Shown piece by piece: positions 36,901 through 49,419 of a DNA stretch of 64,000 nucleotides; position 1 is the stretch's first letter; the number at the start of each line of letters is the position of its first letter. The stretch covers positions 2,480,001 through 2,544,000 of the forward strand of contig JAYWIR010000002.1 of the NCBI GenBank assembly GCA_036172245.1. Direction: 5' to 3'. The position numbers and the translations under genes were made by a program. The notes beneath the pieces are model-generated. The model saw only the letters and a program-made list of their open reading frames with translations. It did not search any database and was not told where the DNA came from. The DNA comes from Raillietiella orientalis. Its lineage: Eukaryota.

Positions 36901-39900
36901 AATGGGTGGTGGCACATGACACTCCGGACGTGGTGTACTACCAGGTGAGAAGATGCCTGGGGCGGTTGATGGGGGAGTTCCCTGCCCCCATCCCAATCCT
37001 CGCTCCCCCGTTCCTGCAGCGGGCGGGAGCCTCGAGCCGCACTCTAGCCCACAGGGCGAGGGAGCAACTGCCCCGAGGGAAAAGGCACTCGTGCGTCCTC
37101 CCTGTCCTCTACTCGACCCGCATGTGCCCACCCGAGCGGGGTGGATTACCTCTCCCTTCGCCCTCTCTTCCCGACCTGAGCGCGCGCTCTGCCGAGCTCC
37201 TCTGCTTTTGAGAGCAACCGCGCAGGCGCAGAGTTCGCTCCTAGACTCGGCTTCCTATCCTCCATCGCGCGTGCTCAGTGCGGCGGTGGGGACAGGGGGA
37301 AGGGGGGAGTTCTTTGAGTTGCCTCCGGGAGCCGCGGTGGCGGCACCCGTTCCCGGACGCGTTTCCATCCAGGTGCCGCCTCCTTCGCCGCTCCTGCCCG
37401 CTACCACCCACCTCCTGTTTCAAAACGAGGCGTTCCGCAATCTCTCTGCCTCCTTTTTCCGCTCTCCACTTCCGTTTTCAGCCATCGAGAGCAGCAGCCC
37501 TGGAGACAGTCGGTTTTTTTCTGTCGACCTCCTGCAGGAGCGCGTACCGGTTCCGTTCCCGGTTTCCCTATCCCCCCGCCCTCCCCATCCTCCAGGTTGA
37601 CTACGCTTCGCGCCTCTCTCGTCTACGTTGGAGGGAGGCAGTGTCAACGTTGAGCGTCTCCAGAGCACGCCCTATCGCGGGGGCTCTGAGGTCTGCTCTC
37701 GAGCTGTCCCCTCTCCCCTTCCGTCGAGGTTGCGGCTGCCCTACGGGCCGTCGGCCAGAAGCTTGAGTGACGTGACCCCTGCTCCCCGTACCTCCCTCGT
37801 CGTTTCCACAAACACGACCCGCCCACGTTCCCCCATCCCCGAATCGATTTCGTGCTTTGTTCCCCGGCCCCCTTTCCCCCCTCCTCGCGTGTTGTCGCTC
37901 CTTTGTACACATCGCGCGCCTTTGTACACGGAAGCGCCGCTCGTGTGGTCGACCTCCGTACTTCGGCGGAAGGGGGAGGAGCTCAGCGTTCCTTCCATGA
38001 GCAAATCGTCATCCCCGGCTTCCCCTCAGGCTGCGCGTCGCGCTCGCAAGCGCATGCGCACGAGCTGACCGAGCGCGAGACGCTCGCAGCCGAAGGTCCT
38101 CCGCCTCTCAAGGTCGACGCGTTGTTGAATCACGGGTGAAAGGGGAGTAGGGATGCTGAGCTCGCGGACCGGGAAAGGCAACGCCCCGCTCCTGTGGAGA
38201 TGACGGGCGTTGGCGGGGAAACGCCTACAGGCGTCCGGGAGCAGCGCAAGGACGGAAAGGGAAGACGCCGGGTGAAAAAGGGATTGGAAGTAGGAGTGGG
38301 AGCAGGAGGAGGAGAGGAGCGGGAAGTTCCACCACAGAAGCGACGGCTGAACGGGCTCTAGTTGCTACCGCATGAAACTTTGACTTCTGGCCAGGCTGCG
38401 AGGCAGCACCTCCCGGGGCGTCCTTTACATCTTCCCGGGAAGCTTCTCCTCCCGCTCCATCTAGGGAGACGAATTTCGAACCACCTTTCCAGGGCAGGAC
38501 TGGTGCGTCCAGACCTCAGGCAGAGGCAGCGACTTGCAAGGAATGCTGGATCTTGCGGAAGAAAAGAGAAGCCCTGGTCGGCCAGCGAGATCACGAGCAG
38601 TTGGAAACAGTTTCCTTCTCCTCCTGCTCCCTGCTCTCCGGATGCTCTTTCCGGGTTTACTCTGCACCTGGAACCTGCCAGTCGCAAACTCCTCCCCCCT
38701 TCGGATGCTGACGCTCGACAACCTCATTTCCTCGCGCCCGTTTCTTCGAGGAATCTGCCTCTCCTCTTGGACTCTGCTTCCTACCACGAAATCCCTGCTC
38801 CTTCGCTCTTCTCCTCCTGCGACCTCGACAGCCCTGACGGCACGTAACCCCGTGTCCTCGTAGTTCAGAGGTTGCCGTTTTTTCGGGAGTCACGTCCGCC
38901 GTGCAACTTCCTTTGGATGTCAGCAAAGGATCCGTGCCTCAGATGACGCCATCCTTGAAATTTCCCCCTCCGTGGAAGCGAGGACAGACGCCGTTCCTTC
39001 TCCCCTCTTTTCCCTCTCTTTCCTGCCTCGCCACCCGGGGATGCAGCGGCGCAAGCTGACGGTACAGTGGAAATCGGAGGCTGCAACCAGCGCGTGCGGA
39101 ACTGAGCCCAGTCCCTTCCCGAGTTCAGTCTCCCCCTCCCCTCTCTTCTTCCTTCCCTCCCCCATCCCCCCCCCGTGTGGATCCCTCCATTCTCCCGGAG
39201 CGCGCAGCTCGCTCTCCTCGCTGGTCTCTCTTGGTCCGCGCACTACCCGCTGGAGTCTCTCTTGATTGGCAAGGGGCGGCGTTCCTTCCTTCGTGAACTT
39301 TCAAGGCCGGATGAAGGCGTGCGACCCCTCGGGTGAAAGAGACGGTCAATGACCTGAGCCCTCAGTCATATCAGCCCTTCTGGAAACGGAGGAGGGAGGG
39401 GAGGAAGGGTCGCTCTCAAGGTCTCAGTGCTTGTCTATTGATGCTCTCTTGCTCGGAGAGGTGTCCCCGCGTCTAGAGAAGGGAAGGAATGCCGCTTCGT
39501 TTACCCCTCCCTCCGCCTCCTACATCCTGGCAGCACAAAGGTCCTCTTCTCCTCCCCGGGACGCCTATGGGCAGCACGCCCTCCCTCGTTTCTGAGGCGC
39601 AAGAGAGTGACTCTTAAGCATGCGCACGCTCCCGGTCACTCCCCTCCCCGCCAGTTTCTGCAGCACTTTCTGGGACTCCGAGTGCAGACCAAGAGACCTC
39701 AGAGGTGCTCTTTCCGGGAGAGAAGACGTGAGCGCGCGCGCATACTTCATTCACCTCTTCACTTTGATCTTAGCCAAAAGGCCAAGAAGAGACTCTTCCT
39801 GAAGGCGCACCCTCACGGGAGGAGCAAGGACGACGTTCTCCCGGCTGAGATGTCTGAACATCTCAGCCGCCAAACGCAGAGACTGACGAAAGGGGGGATG

Positions 39901-40948
39901 CGGCAATTCTGCACCGGATCTCCGGGGACATCTCTAACCTTTAAGGAAGTGACCGGGTCAGAGTCACTGAGATCCGGGTCCTTTTTTTGCATATGGCAGC
40001 GACCCCTTGATCCCAGAAGTTACCCTTCCGCAAGAAAGGAAGGTTAACTTCCGGGAAAGAAAGAATAAAAGCTTTCCCGCGGTATAGTGCCCCCGACTCT
40101 CGGAATGTCCCTTGGAGGTCTCCTTGACCATCACAGATGGTTGGCCGCTCTCGAGCTGCTCCTCCCAGGAGTCGACTGCTCAGACGTCCAGATTTCCGAA
40201 GGTCCAGGCCGGAAGCCGTCCTGCGTCGGAGCTGCCCTCTTCCGGATGGCTTCCTCTCTCGGAGATGGTCCACCTCCCACATTGGGACCGAAACCCGCGG
40301 GCAGTGACCCTCCAGCTGTGCGGGCCGCGAGCAGTCGAGAGATGTGCGAGGGCTGTCGGCTGCTTCTCTAGGGGGCGGAGCAGGAAAGAAGAGTGAGGAG
40401 GAGGAAGGATGGCGTATCCCCCTCCTTGTTTGCGCCGAAGGAGGGCCCCAAGGAACGCCGCCGCCTGAGGGGTGGATTTGAGCAGCGGTGTTTCATGCAC
40501 AGGAGAGTTGTCGAGCGTAGGGTCGGCCACAGACCAGCCGGAAACGGGTGCACCTCAGAACAAGGAGCGAGCGAGAGGGTTTCCGGAAAAAAGGCTGGAA
40601 ACGCGAGGTGTGACGATGTGGCAGGGCTCAGCAACTCTGGGATGAGCAAGAGAGAAACAGGCCGCCTTCCTTCCCACCCCCCCGTGTCGCGATCGCTCGC
40701 TTGCTCGCCTCTTCCCAAGGGGTTCTCCTTCTCCCCTCTGGTAGGGCTCTGCGCTCACCCAAGCCCCGCTCTCCTTCCAGTGCTTCGTCCACAGGAACAT
40801 GGGGTGGAAGATACTGGTCACCGATCCCGGGGATGGAGTCCCGGGATCCTCCGCCGACATGGACCGGGTCGGGATTCTCCGCGGAGCCGTCTCCTGCTTC
40901 GTGCCGCTGCTCCTGCTGGGATGCGTCCGTTGCCGCAGCTTTGCCTAG
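21871..40948 (+). CDS. knk: Knickkopf/Skeletor-family cuticle protein (signal peptide, 2x DM13, DOMON, C-terminal domain, GPI-like hydrophobic tail), about 695 aa, 14 coding exons
   Basis: Phase-consistent GT-AG exons: [21871-21916 candidate], 28272-28403, 28839-28920, 29947-30058, 30443-30681, 30865-31045, 31102-31122, 34629-34792, 34862-34958, 35249-35492, 35545-35801, 36543-36723, 36781-36944, 40781-40948 (TAG). DM13 motifs: EYYGTYVG..NFTFD..DAYFWVG..WLCVW..NFG and PNLHYDG..FFWVG..DWLSIW..DFG. DOMON motifs: YMAFGIS..MVGSDV..CPD..YH. C-terminal motifs: GPSGGDDGYEAITG, WWING, VEGGD..YHPLYIT, TPDVVYYQCFVHRNMGWKI. The orthology call (knk versus Skeletor/Knk2/Knk3) rests on architecture, length and the PPSLGQTK linker. 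Confidence 0.9.
26602..26965 (+). repeat. About 360 bp direct repeat, copy 1 (knk intron 1)
   Basis: gtggtccttgcccttccctggggatagaggccagcc...ggaatttca aligns with 29388-29752. Confidence 0.92.
29388..29752 (+). repeat. About 360 bp direct repeat, copy 2 (knk intron 3)
   Basis: Near-identical to 26602-26965 over the first ~200 bp, then more diverged. Confidence 0.92.
31102..31122 (+). CDS. knk: 21-nt symmetric microexon of knk (PHWWYNP)
   Basis: ttccag|CCGCACTGGTGGTACAACCCG|gtaagg, phase 0-0, in the DM13-DOMON linker. Confidence 0.75.
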
Positions 40949-43399
40949 ACGATCGGGATGCCTCGAGGGTCACGGGGAGGCTTGAGGGCTCCTGGGCGGC
41001 CTGAGCCGCCTCCTTTTTTTCCTTCCTTCCTTCCACTTTCAAACTTGCGGAACCCCAGGAACGCGTCGCTCCTAGCCGAGGCCAAGGGCACTGGACCCTG
41101 CCTTCCGTTCAGGGGTGGCGCCTCCTGTGCGTTCCTCCTGGAGCTTCCGGGTCAAGTCTTTCATGGAAACTGCCTGCCTTCCTGGAAATCATGTCTTTCA
41201 GTGTTTGATGCCTGTGAACGCGTTTTGAAAGCAACCGAATAGAAGAATCTTCAGATCGTCCGTCTCCTTGGAAACGCGTCGTCGTCCTGGGAAGTTCTCT
41301 CCTGCGAGAGCATTTCATGCCCTCCCCCCTTCCACCCTCCTACCCCTTGCTTGCTGCTCGAGGACCCCTTGGGGTGGAGTCCGGAACGCATCAGTCTCTT
41401 TCCCTCCCCTGAAGGAGGGGTGCACCCCCGCCTTCGATGCGAAAGGCCACCACATTCCCCAAGAAGGAGTTGGGAATTGCGGGAGGAGCAGATCTCCTCT
41501 TCCTGGAGGAAGGGTGGAACGTTCTACCTAAGACAGACATCCCCAGCTCGTTCCTCCCGCATCCCTCGACGTCTTCCTCGCTGCCTTTCGTCCTCCCCCT
41601 CCTTTCCCGGCATTCCCCCTTTATCTCCCTTCCCTTTCCGCCCCATCCTAGGGAGCGCAGGACGAGCCGCACCTCCTGGAACGCTCAGTTTTCCGTAGGG
41701 GTGTGGGTACCTCACGGCTACTCCAGAGGTGCACTCAAGGATTGAGTGGTCCATCACCTTATCTTACCCCGGGAGGTTATTCGATTAAGAAAGGAAGGGT
41801 TAGGGGAAGAGATCCGGGGGGAGGGGGGGGAAGAAGGATATCGAAGTCAAAGTAAAGCGATGGAGCTACTTCTGGCAGTGGGAAAGGGAAGCTGCCTCCA
41901 GACCTCTTCCTTTTCGTTTCGAAAATTCCATTCCGTTCTGGTCGTCATGGGAGCGACCAGAGCATCCGTAGAGAAAACGAGCCCGGAGAGAATCTTTAAG
42001 GAGATTTCTCCTTGATCGCATCTCTCCGGCTTTCCGCACCTGTTCCTTTTCCACCCTTGCAGTCTTTGTTCTTCCTCCTGAGGCCAGAAGCCTTTGACCC
42101 CGGAAGGGGCCGGAATATCCTCTGCAGCTGACCCTTCTTGAATGGGTGCGTGGGCGGAACGAATAGGCGAGCGGGATTCCTCTCACTCCCGAGAGCTCTA
42201 GGAGGGGAGGGTCACATCCCCTGCCCCTCCCTCGCAACTACCTATGATGCTAAATGACCCCTCCACATTTCTGCACCTTTTCCCCACCATTTTCCTCGGG
42301 GATCGACGATAGTTCTCGAAGAAGGAGGTAGAGGAGAGGAGGAGGATGGAATACAGAACTCTCCTGCTCCTTTCCATCCTACGGGGAAAAGCGGGTCGGT
42401 TTCTGTTTCCAGGGCAGCCCGGGATCGAGCGTTTCCTTCCTCCTCGAAGCTGCTTTTCACCTGGGACTCCAGGATGAAAGAGCTCATTAGAGATTGCGGG
42501 AGGGGATTAGGAAGACAATTGGGAACGTGTGGTGAAGGATTCAGGTCGTTTGCGAGGAAGGGGTGAAAGAGGGCAGGAGCCATCAGGGTTTCTTTCCTGC
42601 CGATCTCTTGTGGCTGCCTACTCCTGAATCTTCGAAGATCACCTGCGGGTTCGTTCAGTTCACCAAAGGCTCCTCTCTCTTGGCGGCAGCACTACCGCCT
42701 GGAACGATCAGTGAGAGGCGAATACCGGGGGAGCCAATGGTGATAAGGGGAGTGGAGGATGATGCCCGCTGAAAGGGAAGAACGTTCTTTTTTTTTTTGG
42801 TTAGGGAATGTGAAGCCACGATCCCTTTTTCACACGAGGAAAAGTGGTTCAAAAATGGGACTCGGAAGAAAGGGGGCGAGAGAGAGAGTTGCTCTGATTC
42901 GCGGCGAAATTCGGGGAGATGGGGCAGAGGAGGAGGAGTCTGGAGCCAGAGGAGAGGAGTCCAGTGGTTCCCCTTTTCTCCCAGGATCAGCCACCTGCTC
43001 TACAAGCAGCCTCCAGGACGTTACTCCAAGACTATGAAGCCAGTTGGCACGACAGACCCGGAGGCTGCACGTGGTTTCTCCAGCGGCGTGTAAGGATGTC
43101 GGAGCGCCAGAGGCAACGGAACGGTCTTCTGCCGCGGGATATATCAGGAGGAAGCGTGAAGGGAGTTACTGGGAGCGAGGAGAGTGAAGTATCTGGCTAC
43201 AGCTTCCACGATAGACTCGAGGGTCCTTCACGGAAGCTGTAGCAGGGTAGGGGGAGCAAAAGAACCGAAAGAGGGAATCACCTGACCGTCAGCTGGACTC
43301 TAAAAGCACCGCTGGTTGCGGAGGACGAGAACGACGGCAAGCCTCAGAGAAAATCCTCATCTTTCCGTAGAACGCAGCATCTGAGAAGCTCGATGGCTC

Positions 43400-46300
43400 A
43401 AGGGCGTGGAAGGGAAATCTTCAGAAGGAAGAGGAAATGAAATGAGTGTTCGGTGTCACGGAAACGGGGGCGTTTCTGACTTCAGAACTCCTCGGAGTTT
43501 TGTTTTCGTGGAGCAGAAAGTCCATGAAGACAGCAACGCACTAGGTCTCCAATAGCAGCAGCAGCAGCAGCAGCAGCATCGGCGGCAGAGAGAAAAGACA
43601 GTTCCAGCAAGAGAGAGCCTTCTCCCCATCGTAGGAGGTGACGTCATCGTCAGCCTCCGCTCGCGTGGCTCTGGCGCAGCCGCCGAAAACACTTCCCGGC
43701 ATATCGATACGCCCACTCGTGACACCTGCTGCTTCTTCCCTGCAGCCTCAACGGGGCCTACGCTTGGGAAACAAACCTCCAAGGTGTGAATCCGTGCTTC
43801 CCTTGCAGCTGAGAAAGGGGAGGGAAAGAGTTCATGAAAAAAACTGGTCTCCGAGCATCCTTCGAGGGTTCCAACTTTCCCTTTTCGCTTTCTCGATGGA
43901 TGAATCTTTGCTGCGGAAGAAGCAACAGGGAGGTCTGAGGTCTCCATACCCTCCCTCCTTCCGTTCTAGCCAACAAATCGGCGTCCGAAGGAACGGACAG
44001 CTCCAAGCTTGCATCAGACGTCGGACAACATCGGGCTGGTTCGTTTATCCCCCTCTTATCCGGGATGGCCCCGCATCCTTCCCGACTCCTGTTCCCGTCC
44101 CCGAGCTGCTCGCCGTCATCACTTGCAGGACTAGTCTTCCTCGGCGATCGTGCCTTGCTCCTTTTCCCATCTCGCGCAGCATCAGCCCCGCTGCATTCCT
44201 CACTTGCCTTCGCATCTGGTCGTGGGGCTGCGTGACTTTTGATAGCGCGGCTCCGGAACGAAATCACTCTATAGTGTTTCCCCGCCGCTCCTATGGTACC
44301 TGATCTCTGCGCCGCCGATGGCACACGGCCGCTCTGGTTACGTCTCTGGTTCACCTCATAGAACTTCTGCATTTTCCCTTTAGAGCTGATCTTCCTAAGC
44401 ACCAATAAAGATCAGAGAAAGCTTTCTTCTTCCTTTTTTTTTTTCTGGCCAACCTCCTGCTACTCTTTCCGAACTTCCGGAGAAACTCTGCTTCGATGCT
44501 GCTTTCGAGAGCTTCCTGCAACATCCCCTGTAAATAGGGCAAGCCATCCGATCCCCTGCGAAGTCTTCCGGTCGTTAGCTGGCAACTGGCAGGATCAAGC
44601 TGAGCTAGCTGGTCAGGCGCCTTTGGGGGCACGCCGACTTTTAAACGCAACCCAACACTACCCAACACGAAGAAGCACAGTGGCATTCAGATGTGTGCAG
44701 GAAAGGAAGGTATCTGCAGTGATAGGGAGCAAAGCAGCTCTCGGGAACGTCTGGCAGCAACCGCCTGTTGCTATGCTAGTCGTCCCGTCAGAATCTCTCA
44801 GCAGGAGACCGAACTTTCTCTCGAGATACGGATCTTCCCCAAGGTCATGGATCGTCTCCGCCTCTACTGCAGCCATCTCTTGAAATGTCCTGAAGATTAC
44901 GAGAACTCCGCAGAGGCAACTGGGGTCTCTTCTTCGGATCGTTGCGGATCAACTCGTCGGCGTGCGCGTGTTCCTCTTCTCACAGCGCGGAACCTTCGTC
45001 CTTGGAAGACTCCCTAGAGACCCAGGAATGCAATCGCCTCCCTCCCTGGAAAATATGCAATCCTCCTCTCCCCGTCCCGGATACCCGATTCACTTCCTGT
45101 CCCTCACTCCCGTATTGGTTCGGCTTGTCCCGCAGTTCCCGAACGGAAGGGCTGGGTCGCATTTTCACTACCGCGCTTCTCTCCGAGGCTCAGGAGAGCC
45201 TCGTGTTGCGAGTCGAGCACCGCCCTAGGGGGCACGCCGAGCAAATAGGTCGCTGTTCTTCCTAGTTGCCTCTGAGACCTCAACCCCGATGCTGTTCCCT
45301 TCGTGCTTATAAACAGTGCTCGCAGCACGGCAAACCGGATGAATGTCTTTGCTTCTTCCATCCATTTACCCAGCTCACGACCTGAAGAGTCTTGCGGGAA
45401 CTCAAGATCCTTTCCTGGGCACACCTGTGTGGCAAAGTGGCGCAGTAGAGGTTGCAGTAGAGCTTGATAGCCGACTCTTGCCCTCTGTCTACATCTGCAT
45501 GTCCACTAACGCGGTTAAGCGCTTTCATTATCTCTCGCCACTTGGAAATCATCCTCTGGTTTATCTGTGGCTCCATGGATCTGTTTTCGTCTCCCATTCT
45601 TTATCCTAATGAAACGGAAGCATCCGTATCAACATAAGATGAGATGCAATCTGTTCTCCCTTAGCCTAGTAGAGAGCATTGTTTCTGAAAGCTTTGGCAG
45701 TCAGAGCAAAGTTCTTCTCCTCCCTCTTTGGCTCTTTCGCCATCGTAAATCATCATTTTCCAAACTTCAAGAGAGGACCAAGACGTTAGGAGCGAGGAAA
45801 ACTCACCAGCGCGCTCGAATACTCTTGGTCTGCCAGCGGCAGAGAGACTCGGGAGATTATCCTGAGCAGAAGATGGGTCTTTTGATCGGGAAAACGGTTG
45901 CGGATGCTAAGAATTCACCTCGCTTCCGAAGTACTGTACTGTACCCTCTCATCCCATATTATCGATGCTTGTTGGCGATGTCACGTTCCATGGACTGAAA
46001 TCAACCTGCTTCCTGCTTCCTTTATAGTTCTTCGAAAAGAATCGTGCAGTTCCCATCTCCCGAAATTCTGCTGGTGGTTCGGGAAGTTCGAAAGTTCTAG
46101 ACCTGCGGAAATTTTCCGGTCTTAATTTGTATACGGATGCGCATACGACGACCATGTTTTTCCTACTCTTAAAGATTCCGCAAGGCCACCTTTCAGTTAT
46201 TGACCTGCAAAGAATACGTTACTTATCCCTGCTTCTCCCAACTCTATCTCTACCATTTCCATCTCTGGGTTTACTTTTACTTTTGCATCTCTTTGCCAAC

Positions 46301-47150
46301 TTTTATGGTCTGGAAACACACACACCTAATCATAGTTTATTCGTATGGTACTGATGTGATCCTTCCTTTGATCCCGAGTTCTCGACTTTGTTTTGTCTCC
46401 TCTATCTCTCCCTTTCGTCTTCGTTCCTGATCGTCACGGCAAGGGAGAAGATCGTTCTAGCACTAGGGATCGACGGAATAAAATCTGAGCATAGCCAGTT
46501 CTTTGCGTCTAAATTCATGGGTTGTCATTTCCATCCTCGGCTGCTGAAAATCGGATGAAGCTCGCTCTTCTCTTAGGAGACGAAAGACCCGCCTTTATCG
46601 GTGAGGGGCCCCTATTGTTTCTTCTGGGTAGACAAAGGCATGCTCATCGCTGCTGGAGCTGACCCCGAATCAATCTAGTGTAAGACTTCCGGTGCACGCT
46701 CCCCTTTGTTCCTTGTCGACCGTAGTGCGTGGTTCTTATCATCAGATTTCGATCCGACTCCTATCACAGACTCACTTTATTGGTAACGGTGGATGGTGTG
46801 TGGATTCACCAGCTGAGCAGTCATGTGCACGGACTCGTCATACAACTCCGTAAAATTACGAACGTGCAAGCCCGAGGACCAATCTGGGATGCATTTTGGA
46901 TTTCTCTTCCTTCCATCATTCATGCCCCTTGCCTCTGCCTCTCCGATAAATGAGCTTTTCCCTGCTTGCTTGGAAGTGATCAAGCTGTCAACTGCGTATG
47001 TTCCATTCCCTTCATTTTTTACACGCATTCTTCGAGTTTTCTTTACTTCAAAAATTGCAGTTTCTATAGCAACTGATTGCGATCAGGTCGTTGCCTACAA
47101 TGGATGCAAAAGTTGCCTCCTATACTTGACTGCCTACTCCACGCAGGAAT
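43400..47150 (-). pseudogene. Candidate endogenous viral element: decayed bunyavirus-like L (RNA-dependent RNA polymerase) gene
   Basis: Intronless, A/G-rich minus strand with many stops and frameshifts. Remnant motifs in order: RPD (about 47085)..IFEVKKTRR (47029-47055); LFISTKGTASGLRSQRQL (about 45290); NQSG..IGGA(R)DQVP*E..SRAI (44240-44345, motif F); ASDDGEQLG (about 44115, A); LQG..SS..H (about 43740, B); VTSYDGEK (about 43635, C, one base from SDD); GVLKSE..VTPNTHF (about 43440-43490, D/E). Boundaries are approximate. Confidence 0.55.
43554..43578. repeat. (CAG/CTG)n trinucleotide microsatellite
   Basis: About 8 AGC units. Confidence 0.9.
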
Positions 47151-48299
47151 AATGACAAAGATAGATTTCAATTTTACCAGTGGCTACTTATTTTCAATTG
47201 CAGTCTGGTATTTTAACCAGACTACGATCGGTATTTTTATTTTTATTTTTTTTTTGTATTCGAAGTTCAAACGTCTTGAGCGTTCACAAACTGGCGGTGA
47301 TTCATCATAGCATTATTACCACCATAGCATTATTAGCATTATAGTAGTACATAATGCAAACACAGATTATTTTTTGGTATTATAATTAGAATGAATAGAA
47401 TTACAGAGGAATGCAACTCGGCGAACTTTACTATCAGAGCAATTACTCAATGCAGCAACAACGAAGCAGATGCATGTTGATGCTTTCCATCCTGAATATT
47501 AGAAAATTCAAATTCTCAATCTCTGCAAACAAAACGGACTAATTTGAGGCATTCGAGATCTCTGAAATGAGAAGTGAAACCTAGATATGATCTGCATGCC
47601 ATATACAGAAAGAAGATACGAGAGAATCACTTCCGAAAAGGGTCATTTTGTTCTGCACAGTAAGTTGAAATACACACTGAGTTATTTGACAAAGAACTGT
47701 GATGGTAACGTGAAAGGATTCAGAGGCGTTCGTAAAACACTGAGACGGTTTTTAGAAGATAAGCATTGACCACTGTGTCTGTTTTTAACGCTCTCAAGTT
47801 CTCTCACCTTTGCGACCTAATTTCCTAGCCGAAACTGTGATTCCCACCTTTTGTGAGATTTTCATCTTTTTTTCAATTAAAGGATTCTGATAGTTGAAAT
47901 TCATTACCCATCTGTTCTTCACAGAATCATAATGTGTGCCAAGTTGCACCTTTTCGAAACACCTCTAGGTGTACACTGTTTTCTTTCGTTTTGCCTTGTG
48001 TCACCCCAAACATGGGAAAGTTTCGAGAGCATCGAAACGTTTGTGTCGGAGATGCTTCCATTCTCCTGCAGATCAACTGAAGTTTTGGTTGTTTTCCGTG
48101 TGACTTGACTCCTTCGGGATGCTGTCCCCGGATTCGTTCTTGTGATGGATTGTTCGCTGAGCCAGGAATCCTTGTTTTGGGGCAGTATTGACAAGTGCCT
48201 TTGTTCGTACCAGCGTGTTTGGCATTTGGCATTTTTTAAGTTTGCAGAGCAGCAGAAAATGTTGAAACCTCAATACTTCACAATCTCGAATTCATTACC

Positions 48300-49200
48300 A
48301 AGAACTCGTAAATGCTGCATCAAATGATCTAAGAAACGTTACGTTCCTCTTTATACTTGAAATATATACCTTTTTCCTGTCGATCTTCTCCATCCCTTGA
48401 TCTTCCTGTCTGCTGTAAATGTCATCAAGGCATTTTCTTTCGTAAAAAAAAAAACATCCTCGACGACCATCTAAGTTTCTGACTCCGCGCTGTGAATGCA
48501 AAACGCCCATGTTTCTTCTTTTGAGAAAGATACAATTATTACTCCTCTTTCTATTCGCTGCTACCAAAGTGGATTACGAATACGAGTTTATTACAAGTAC
48601 AACTTGTAATACATTGGACATGAGTGAAACTCTTGCATCATTGCCTTTTTCTTGTACTCTTCATAAATGTGTAATGAGCAAAAGCTTGGAAAAACTGCTT
48701 GCAAATGAAGATTAAATATCGAAATCACTCCCGAGAATGAGCACTTGGCATTTCATTGCATTACAAAATCTGATGCATCAAGTCCGAACCGTATACAACC
48801 GGATGGTATTTCACCTAAGAAAATTGCAATTCACGTTGCAATCAGTTTATTGCTTTATAATCTTGGAGCTGTTTTTCAGAGCATGCTCTCCCCTATCGAA
48901 CTCGAATTACCTGTTCGCTCTCTGTGACGGTCAGAAAGGATTACAGCATCCGAAGTTTTCTTGTGCATCGAAGCTCCTGTTCTGATGGTGGCCAATGACT
49001 CGGATCGGCACTCGGTACTCTTACCACCACGTTTCATGAAAAGCCTGCGGAAACCACGCTTCCAAAAAGTGGCCAAAAAGCCATCTCTTGGAGCAATGAC
49101 TTGGAATTTTCCCTCTTCGATTCCGATGTGGATAAGCATCCCTGTATGAGAGAACACGTCTGTGAAGGAAAAGTTCGAAAGATCAAGCAGCACGAAAACA
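48300..49200 (-). mobile_element. Possible decayed pogo/Tigger transposase relic
   Basis: Minus-strand fragments GIEEGKFQ..DGFLATFWKR (cf. CENP-B HTH FxAS.GW..RFKKR) and SRQEDQGMEK (cf. QPxDQG) occur in the expected order, with many stops. Confidence 0.3.
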
Positions 49201-49419
49201 CCAACAAGATGAAATTCTCATCACCTAGAAGCGTATCTTTCACAAGTCACCGTGCCCGCTGTGGCTGTGGTCCAGAGGGAATTTTTCGAAAGCAGACCAC
49301 TGGCATATCCTAGACGGATTCACTCTGTGTCATGAACATCGCGATGCTGAGGTGTACGATCATCATCACACACGTATCATCAGCATCCGTTGTGACCTCA
49401 TCTTCTGCCAACGTTGTAT

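Noticed and set aside
2000-43000. Hundreds of 60-395 aa ORFs in the supplied track (e.g. 23878-24876, 26609-27721, 30328-31515)
   Set aside because: They are R/P/G/S-rich, overlap on all six frames and are expected by chance in GC-rich DNA. Only parts coinciding with knk exons have recognisable homology.
44450-44560. LQEALESSIEAEF as an orthomyxovirus PA motif
   Set aside because: The distance from the nuclease-like motif (about 850 codons) is too long for PA, and RdRp-like motifs follow, which fits a single-chain L better.
47202-47345. Hairpin AGTCTGGT/ACCAGACT and tagcatt repeats as a viral terminus or insertion boundary
   Set aside because: An 8-bp stem is expected by chance, and it does not match the bunyaviral terminal consensus sequences I know.
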